This document shows positions 58,310-64,000 of a stretch of DNA of 64,000 bases, in pieces. Position 1 is the first letter of the stretch. Every line of letters begins with the position of its first letter. Under the pieces are notes generated by a model. The model worked only from the letters and a program-made list of their open reading frames with translations, did no database searches and was not told the DNA's origin. The DNA comes from Clostridia bacterium (lineage in GTDB: Bacteria > Bacillota > Clostridia > RUG12999), in assembly GCA_045534775.1 (NCBI GenBank), contig JAZSKI010000049.1:9254-73253 (forward strand), written 5' to 3'. Made by a program: the position numbers and the translations under genes.

Positions 58310-59632
58310 ATGAAAACAGTTACCTTTAAAGGCGGCATTCACCCGCCGTACAATAAGGAATGTACCAATTCGGGAAGGATTATTCCTCTTGCTCCCGGCG
58401 AAAAATTATACATTCCCCTGCTTCAGCACATAGGTGCAACCTGCAACCCTCTTGTGAAAAAAGGCGACTATGTAAAGATGTATCAGAAAATCGGTGACAG
58501 CGAGGCTTTCGTTTCAAGTCCCGTCCACAGTGGCATCTCGGGTACGGTTGTTGATATTAAAAAGCATCTTCACCCAAACGGCACAAAGGTTGAAACCGTA
58601 ATTATTGAAAACGATTTTAACTACGAGAAGGATACCTCCTTAAAGCCCGATAAAACCTATGAGGAAATGACCGCCGAAGAAATAATTGACCTTACCCACC
58701 GGGCAGGTATCGTAGGTATGGGCGGTGCAGGCTTCCCCGTACATATAAAGCTTTCTCCTCCCAAGGACAAGCATCCTGAATACATAATCATAAACGGTGC
58801 CGAATGCGAGCCTTACCTTTCCTCCGACCATCTGTCTATGCTGAATTATGCTGATGATATAATCTACGGCATAAAGGTTCTTCTTAAAGCTACGGGAGCA
58901 GGCTCTGCAATCATAGCCATTGAGGACAACAAACGCGATGCAGAGCAGGTTATTTCCGAAAAATTAACCGATATTCCCGAAATTAAAACCTGTCTGATGA
59001 AAACCAAATATCCCCAGGGCTCTGAAAAGCACGTCATCAAAGCCGTTCTTGGACGAGAAGTTCCCTCGGGCGCTCTCCCCATTGATGCCGGAGTTATAGT
59101 AAATAATATAGATACCTGTATTGCAATTGCCAATGTAATGCTTCGCGGCATTCCCGTAACCGGAAGAAGGGTTACTGTATCAGGCGGCGCTGTAGTAAGC
59201 CCGGGCGTTTTTGAGGCAACCGTAGGCACTCCCATACAGGAATTGATAGACGCTTGCGGCGGTCTTTCTGCCGATGTGCATAAGCTTGTTATGGGCGGTC
59301 CTATGATGGGTACTCCTCTGTTCGATACGGATGTGCCTGTAATTAAGACTACCTCGGGCGTTTTAGCATTAAACAGAAGCGAAACAAAGCGTTATAGCGA
59401 GTCTCCCTGTCTTCGTTGCGGAAAATGCGTAGAGGCTTGTCCTATGGGTCTTATGCCTCTTGAAGTTGCCGAAGCAGGTCGCCGCGAGGATGGCGAAAGG
59501 GCTGTTTCGCTTCACGCAAATGACTGTATAGAATGTGGTAGCTGTTCCTATATCTGCCCCGCCGGCAGGTTTATTGTTGAAAACATAAAGCTGGCAAAAG
59601 CAAACGCAATGGCTATCCTTCGTAATAAATAA
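58310..59632 (+). CDS. rnfC: Rnf electron transport complex subunit C
   Basis: 440 aa with an NADH-binding fold and two C-terminal 4Fe-4S CxxCxxCxxxCP motifs. Confidence 0.9.
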   Translation: MKTVTFKGGIHPPYNKECTNSGRIIPLAPGEKLYIPLLQHIGATCNPLVKKGDYVKMYQKIGDSEAFVSSPVHSGISGTVVDIKKHLHPNGTKVETVIIENDFNYEKDTSLKPDKTYEEMTAEEIIDLTHRAGIVGMGGAGFPVHIKLSPPKDKHPEYIIINGAECEPYLSSDHLSMLNYADDIIYGIKVLLKATGAGSAIIAIEDNKRDAEQVISEKLTDIPEIKTCLMKTKYPQGSEKHVIKAVLGREVPSGALPIDAGVIVNNIDTCIAIANVMLRGIPVTGRRVTVSGGAVVSPGVFEATVGTPIQELIDACGGLSADVHKLVMGGPMMGTPLFDTDVPVIKTTSGVLALNRSETKRYSESPCLRCGKCVEACPMGLMPLEVAEAGRREDGERAVSLHANDCIECGSCSYICPAGRFIVENIKLAKANAMAILRNK

Positions 59633-59697
59633 TTCACTCCTGCCCGCCTGCGGCAGGTGAAAACTCAATTTGCAGGCAGAAAGGCAATGAACACGGT

Positions 59698-60675
59698 ATG
59701 AAACTTGATGTTCCGGTGTCCTCATCACCACATATAAGCAGTCCGGCAACCACTAAAAGTATAATGCTTGATGTTATCGTAGCACTTATCCCCGCCGGCC
59801 TTGCAGGAATATACTTCTTTGGCTCCTACGCCAGTTCTGTTATCGGCGTATCGGTGGTCTGCTGTATTCTCTTTGAATATCTGTGGCAAAGACTAATGAA
59901 AAAGCCCAACTCCACGGGTGATTTAACTGCGGCAATAACAGGTCTCCTTTTAGCATATAATATGCCGCCTACCATCCCTCTTTGGATGGTAGTCATAGGA
60001 GCCTTATTCTCCATAATAATCGTAAAACAGCTTTTTGGCGGCGTAGGTCATAACTTTATCAACCCCGCTCTTGGAGGCCGCGCCTTTTTAATGGCGGCGT
60101 GGGCACCTCAGATGTCGCGCTGGATAATTCCGTCCTTCTTCGGAACGGATGCCCTTTCGGCGGCTACACCTCTTTCCGTTATGAAGGAAGGCGGCATCTG
60201 TACCGCCACTCTTACGGATATGTTTTTCGGTAACACAGGCGGTTGTATAGGCGAAACTTCTGCGGCACTCCTTATTCTGGGAGGTCTGTATTTAGTTGTA
60301 CGAAAAGTAATTTCTCTTAAAATACCCCTTTCCTACATATTGACGGTTTTTGTGCTGACCTTCTTCTTTGGCGGAGGACAAAACATATCTTCCTCCTTCT
60401 ATCTGGCACTTTGTCACCTGTGTAGCGGCGGTCTTATGCTGGCGGCATTCTTTATGGCTACGGATTATGTAACATCTCCCGTTACAAAGTGGGGGCAAAT
60501 TATAATGGGTATAGGCTGTGGAATCATCACTACCGTAATACGTCTTGCGGGCAGCTATCCCGAAGGGGCTTCCTATTCGGTTCTTTTAATGAACGTTGCC
60601 ACTCCTTTAATAGATAAATTCACTCATCCCAGGGTATTCGGACATACTTTAAAGGAGGCGAAAAACAATGAATAA
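59698..60675 (+). CDS. rnfD: Rnf complex subunit D
   Basis: 325 aa, polytopic, NqrB/RnfD family. Confidence 0.9.
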   Translation: MKLDVPVSSSPHISSPATTKSIMLDVIVALIPAGLAGIYFFGSYASSVIGVSVVCCILFEYLWQRLMKKPNSTGDLTAAITGLLLAYNMPPTIPLWMVVIGALFSIIIVKQLFGGVGHNFINPALGGRAFLMAAWAPQMSRWIIPSFFGTDALSAATPLSVMKEGGICTATLTDMFFGNTGGCIGETSAALLILGGLYLVVRKVISLKIPLSYILTVFVLTFFFGGGQNISSSFYLALCHLCSGGLMLAAFFMATDYVTSPVTKWGQIIMGIGCGIITTVIRLAGSYPEGASYSVLLMNVATPLIDKFTHPRVFGHTLKEAKNNE

Positions 60676-61195
60676 AGAAGCTGCTAAGCTTGGTCTTATT
60701 TTAGGTGCAATATCATTAGCTATTGCCATTTTGCTTTCCGTTGTAAACCTTGCCACCAGGGATATTATTGCCATGCGGCAGGAGCAGGATATTCAAAACG
60801 CTCTTGCAAAGGTTGTTCCCGATGCGGTATTTGAAAGGCTTGATACTGCAACCGAAGCCTATGCCGCGAAAAAGGACGGGAATATCATAGGCTACTGCGT
60901 TAAAACCGCACCCTACGGCTACGGCGGCGAAATCGTTATGATAGTAGGTGTGACTACGGATTTATCCGTTACCGGCGTATCTGTAACCTCTATGGAAGAA
61001 ACCCCCGGTCTCGGTGCTTTAGCACAGAAGGATGAGTTTTTGAGCGGATATAAAGGCAAAAAAGGCGAGCTTAAGGTCACCAAAGACGGTGGCGAAATCG
61101 AAACCTTAAGCGGTGCTACCATCACCTCAAGAGCCGTAACGGCAGGCGTTAACGAGGCTGTAGCCTTTGTGGCAAATCTGACAGGAGGTAATTAA
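60668..61195 (+). CDS. rnfG: Rnf complex subunit G (FMN-binding)
   Basis: 175 aa with an N-terminal TM and the flavinylation motif SGATITS. Confidence 0.85.
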   Translation: MNKEAAKLGLILGAISLAIAILLSVVNLATRDIIAMRQEQDIQNALAKVVPDAVFERLDTATEAYAAKKDGNIIGYCVKTAPYGYGGEIVMIVGVTTDLSVTGVSVTSMEETPGLGALAQKDEFLSGYKGKKGELKVTKDGGEIETLSGATITSRAVTAGVNEAVAFVANLTGGN

Positions 61196-61197
61196 AT

Positions 61198-61812
61198 ATG
61201 GATATTAAAAAATATGTTTCCTCATTTACCAACGGTATCATAAAAGAAAACCCTGTATTTGTTATGCTTCTGGGAATGTGTCCCACCCTTGCCACCTCCA
61301 CTTCCCTTATAAACGCTTTGGGTATGGGACTTGCGGCAACCTTTGTACTGTTTTTCTCCAATATAGTAATATCTGCACTTCGCAATGTAATTCCCGAAAA
61401 AATAAGAATTGCCTCCTACATTATAATAATAGCAGGCTTTGTTACCATAGTGCAGATGCTCCTTAAAGCATACCTGCCTTCCCTTGACAAAAGTCTCGGC
61501 GTATTCATTCCTCTGATAGTTGTTAACTGCATTATACTTGCGCGCGCCGAAGCCTTTGCTTCAAAAAACAACATATTCCTCTCCGCACTTGACGGACTTG
61601 GAATGGGTCTCGGCTTCACCCTTGCTCTTTCAATTATCGGTGCAATCCGCGAGCTGCTTGCCGTAGGCTCTATCGGCGGGCTAAACCTTTTCGGCGATAA
61701 TTTCTGCGGTGCCGTAATTATGATATTACCTCCCGGAGGATTTTTGACCTTAGGGCTTATAATAGCTGTTATAAACATTATTAAAAGTCGCAGAAAGGAC
61801 GGTGCAAAATAA
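61198..61812 (+). CDS. rnfE: Rnf complex subunit E
   Basis: 204 aa, 6 TM, NqrD/RnfE family. Confidence 0.9.
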   Translation: MDIKKYVSSFTNGIIKENPVFVMLLGMCPTLATSTSLINALGMGLAATFVLFFSNIVISALRNVIPEKIRIASYIIIIAGFVTIVQMLLKAYLPSLDKSLGVFIPLIVVNCIILARAEAFASKNNIFLSALDGLGMGLGFTLALSIIGAIRELLAVGSIGGLNLFGDNFCGAVIMILPPGGFLTLGLIIAVINIIKSRRKDGAK

Positions 61813-62399
61813 TGGATTTTATACATAAATTTATATCTCTTGTTCTGACCGCCGTTCTGGTTGAAAACTTCGTCCTTGTGAAGTTTATGGGAATTTGTCC
61901 CTTCCTTGGCGTGTCCAAAAGAATCGGAACCGCCGTGGGTATGGGTATGGCTGTCACCTTTGTAATGGCACTTGCTTCCGCTATGACGTGGCTCGTACAA
62001 AGATTTTTACTTGTACCCTTCGGGCTGGAGTATCTGCAAACCATAGCCTTCATACTTGTAATAGCGGCATTGGTACAATTCGTGGAAATGGCTCTTATGA
62101 AAAAATTTCCTGCTCTTTATGATGCTCTCGGAATATATTTGCCGCTTATAACAACCAACTGTGCCGTTTTGGGCGTAACAATTCTGAACCAAACCAACGG
62201 ATACGGATTTTTAGGCTCCGTTACCTACGCTGTGGCTTCCGCACTCGGATTTACCCTTGCCATTGTACTTTTTGCAGGCGTACGCGAAAGACTTGAAAAC
62301 AGCGACATTCCCGAATTCATGAAAGGATTTCCGATTGCACTTATTTCCGCATCGCTTATATCCTTAGCATTTTTCGGATTTCAGGGACTCAAAATCTGA
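61812..62399 (+). CDS. rnfA: Rnf complex subunit A
   Basis: 195 aa, 6 TM, NqrE/RnfA family. Confidence 0.9.
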   Translation: MDFIHKFISLVLTAVLVENFVLVKFMGICPFLGVSKRIGTAVGMGMAVTFVMALASAMTWLVQRFLLVPFGLEYLQTIAFILVIAALVQFVEMALMKKFPALYDALGIYLPLITTNCAVLGVTILNQTNGYGFLGSVTYAVASALGFTLAIVLFAGVRERLENSDIPEFMKGFPIALISASLISLAFFGFQGLKI

Positions 62400-62420
62400 T
62401 GTGGGAAGGAGAAAACTTAA

Positions 62421-63206
62421 ATGCTTAACATATTATTTGCCGCCCTTATTTTAGGCGGACTCGGACTTTTATTCGGTGTTGTTTTAGGTGTGGCTTCAAA
62501 GATTTTTGAGGTCCATAAAGACGAGCGTATAGCTAAAATTATGGAGGTTCTGCCCTGTGCCAACTGCGGAGGCTGCGGTTTCACAGGCTGTAGTGCTTTT
62601 GCGCAGGCGGTTGTCGAGGGACGTACCTCTCCTACAGGTTGCACTGTCGGCGGAAGCAGCTGTGCAGAGTGCGTGTCTCAGATTATGGAAGTCAAAACCG
62701 AGTTCGTAAAAAAAGTAGCTCGTGTAAAATGCTCCGCAAGCTGTGAACGTTCTCCCCTTCGCTATCGGTTCAAGGGACCCGATAACTGTAAGGCTGCCGC
62801 AAAGCTTGGTGGCGGACCTAAAGCCTGCTCCTACGGCTGTCTCGGACTCGGCAGTTGCGAAAAGGCTTGCCCCTTCGGTGCAATCCATGTTACAGATGGC
62901 GTAGCTACCGTAGATGAAGAGAAATGTACAGGTTGCGGAAAATGCGTCAACGCCTGCCCCAAATATCTCATTGAAATTGTAAGTAAAGAAGTAAAATGTT
63001 TTGTTGCCTGCAGTTCTCTGGATAAAGGCTCAGAAATGAAGGATGTTTGCTCCGGCGGCTGTATAGGCTGTAAGCTTTGCGAAAAAGCTTGCCCGCAAGG
63101 TGCTATCATTGTAGATAACAATTTAGCACGCGTGGATGAGGAAAAATGTATCTCCTGCGGTGCTTGTGCTGAAAAATGCCCAAGAAAAATTATTAAAATT
63201 TATTAA
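62421..63206 (+). CDS. rnfB: Rnf complex subunit B (polyferredoxin)
   Basis: 261 aa with an N-terminal TM and multiple 4Fe-4S CxxCxxCxxxCP motifs. Confidence 0.9.
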   Translation: MLNILFAALILGGLGLLFGVVLGVASKIFEVHKDERIAKIMEVLPCANCGGCGFTGCSAFAQAVVEGRTSPTGCTVGGSSCAECVSQIMEVKTEFVKKVARVKCSASCERSPLRYRFKGPDNCKAAAKLGGGPKACSYGCLGLGSCEKACPFGAIHVTDGVATVDEEKCTGCGKCVNACPKYLIEIVSKEVKCFVACSSLDKGSEMKDVCSGGCIGCKLCEKACPQGAIIVDNNLARVDEEKCISCGACAEKCPRKIIKIY

Positions 63207-63214
63207 AATTATAC

Positions 63215-63243
63215 TTGCAAAATATAATATTGTATGATATACT
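63215..63243 (+). promoter_or_regulatory. sigma-A promoter TTGCAA-17-TATACT upstream of manA
   Basis: TTGCAA at 63215-63220 and TATACT at 63238-63243. Confidence 0.45.
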
Positions 63244-63258
63244 ATAATCTGTGGACGG

Positions 63259-63279
63259 TATTTGTCGGCTCGCGACAAA
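63259..63279. promoter_or_regulatory. palindromic operator-like site ATTTGTCG-gctcg-CGACAAAT just downstream of the manA promoter
   Basis: 8-bp arms with a 5-nt centre, positioned at roughly +10 to +30 of the predicted promoter. Confidence 0.35.
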
Positions 63280-63327
63280 TTTACCAAACTCTGAAATTGC
63301 GAGCAGAAAGGCTTACGGTTTTTACAA

Positions 63328-64000
63328 ATGGACGATTTATACCCGTTACGAATGCAACCGGTATTTAAAGATTATATCTGGGGCGGTTCTTCACTTAAAA
63401 AAATGTTTAAAAAGAATACTCCGTACAAAAAAACAGCTGAAAGCTGGGAAGTAGCTGTACATAAGGATGGCTGTTCAACAGTAGCCAATGGAGAATTTAA
63501 AGGAAAAACCATTGATGAATTAATTGAGCTTATGGGCAAAAGTCTCGTTGGCGAGCTTAATGACAACAAAAAATTCCCCCTTATGCTCAAGCTGATTGAT
63601 GCCGAGGACAGTTTATCCGTTCAGGTTCATCCCGATGATATTTATGCAGGCGAACACGAAAACGGTGAGCTTGGCAAAACCGAGATGTGGTATATTCTCG
63701 ATGCCGAACCTAAAGCAAAGCTTGTATACGGTTTTAAAAAAGACATAACCGAAGATGAGTTCCGCAAGGCTGTCGAGACCGATGAGCTTAGCGAAATACT
63801 GAACTTTGTTGATGTACAGCCCGGCGATGTATTCTTCATTGAAGCAGGAACTGTTCACGCTATTGGCAAAGGTCTTATTATTGCAGAAATCCAGCAGAAC
63901 TCCAACACAACCTACAGGGTTTATGATTGGGGCAGAGTTGGTACCGATGGCAAGCCCCGAGAACTGCACGTAGAAAAAGCTATTGATGTTTCCGGTCTTG
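63328..64000 (+). CDS. manA: mannose-6-phosphate isomerase, class I (Bacillus-type ManA/Pmi), 3'-truncated by the window end
   Basis: MDDLYPLRMQPVFKDYIWGG... and the cupin motif SVQVHPDD. The frame is open to the window end. It is not listed in the ORF track because it is partial. Confidence 0.8.
   Translation, partial: MDDLYPLRMQPVFKDYIWGGSSLKKMFKKNTPYKKTAESWEVAVHKDGCSTVANGEFKGKTIDELIELMGKSLVGELNDNKKFPLMLKLIDAEDSLSVQVHPDDIYAGEHENGELGKTEMWYILDAEPKAKLVYGFKKDITEDEFRKAVETDELSEILNFVDVQPGDVFFIEAGTVHAIGKGLIIAEIQQNSNTTYRVYDWGRVGTDGKPRELHVEKAIDVSGL

Noticed and set aside
279-62888. Numerous 60-180 aa ORFs in the six-frame track lying antisense or out of frame inside well-supported genes (e.g. 279-464+, 712-993+, 3340-3645-, 13000-13356+, 14848-15396+, 40910-41293+, 51064-51606+, 62496-62888-)
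   Set aside because: They overlap strongly conserved genes on the opposite strand or in another frame, lack RBS or promoters, and have low-complexity composition. They are treated as spurious shadow ORFs.
58134-63214. CRISPR array or other multi-copy tandem repeat
   Set aside because: Only two-copy tandem repeats were seen (58134-58160; the AAAATT-rich run at the rnfB stop 63196-63230). There is no repeat-spacer periodicity anywhere in the window.
1-64000. tRNA, rRNA, tmRNA, RNase P or SRP RNA genes
   Set aside because: No T-arm GTTCRANYC signatures, rRNA-like stretches or conserved RNase P/SRP motifs were found in any intergenic region by eye. This is a manual scan only, so short RNAs could be missed.

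Overview
This window is a chromosomal segment from a low-GC Firmicute, apparently Clostridia, and is mostly core housekeeping genes on the minus strand. Core blocks identified by product and synteny: (i) the 3' part of an electron-bifurcating [FeFe]-hydrogenase/NADH-dehydrogenase-like operon (NuoE-like, GHKL-ATPase, thioredoxin-like [2Fe-2S] ferredoxin, NuoF-like start), preceded by a Rex-type operator; (ii) uppP-mutS2-pgeF-radical SAM-GNAT-nifS-nifU; (iii) a large SLH-domain surface protein; (iv) a block in Bacillus-like order mecA / miaB-ricA(ymcA)-mutS-mutL-miaA / yggS-sepF-yggT-ylmH-divIVA-ileS / ftsK-ygiQ-folD-fbp(class 3) / GT4::CsaB fusion-ruvX-DUF1292; (v) a complete rnfCDGEAB operon and the start of manA. 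No rRNA, tRNA, CRISPR array, transposase or integrase was recognised. The unusual material is concentrated in three places. (1) 17.4-24.2 kb shows gene decay: an ilvD relic with large internal deletions, a PocR/AraC regulator with a homopolymer frameshift, a glycoside-hydrolase-like relic, and a hydrolase-like gene broken by a homopolymer frameshift plus an in-frame TAG. Next to it is a translationally coupled PAS-Sir2-rhodanese lipoprotein-hypothetical operon. (2) 27.9-31.7 kb, between rqcH and rpsT, is an accessory-looking island. It holds two tiny tandem ORFs with their own promoter, a 130-bp symmetric hairpin array, a membrane-anchored Tyr-rich protein coupled to an Avd/IVS-type four-helix-bundle protein behind a 135-nt attenuator-like leader with five GTGAAG repeats, back-to-back consensus promoters, and a gtrB/gtrC-like surface-glycosylation pair. 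(3) A tandem double-AbrB-domain regulator with a C-terminal zinc ribbon sits on a perfect consensus promoter. Caveat: everything was read by eye. At one place (about 22800) my reading of the printed sequence differs from the ORF track by one nucleotide, so individual coordinates may be off by +/-1. No database search was possible.
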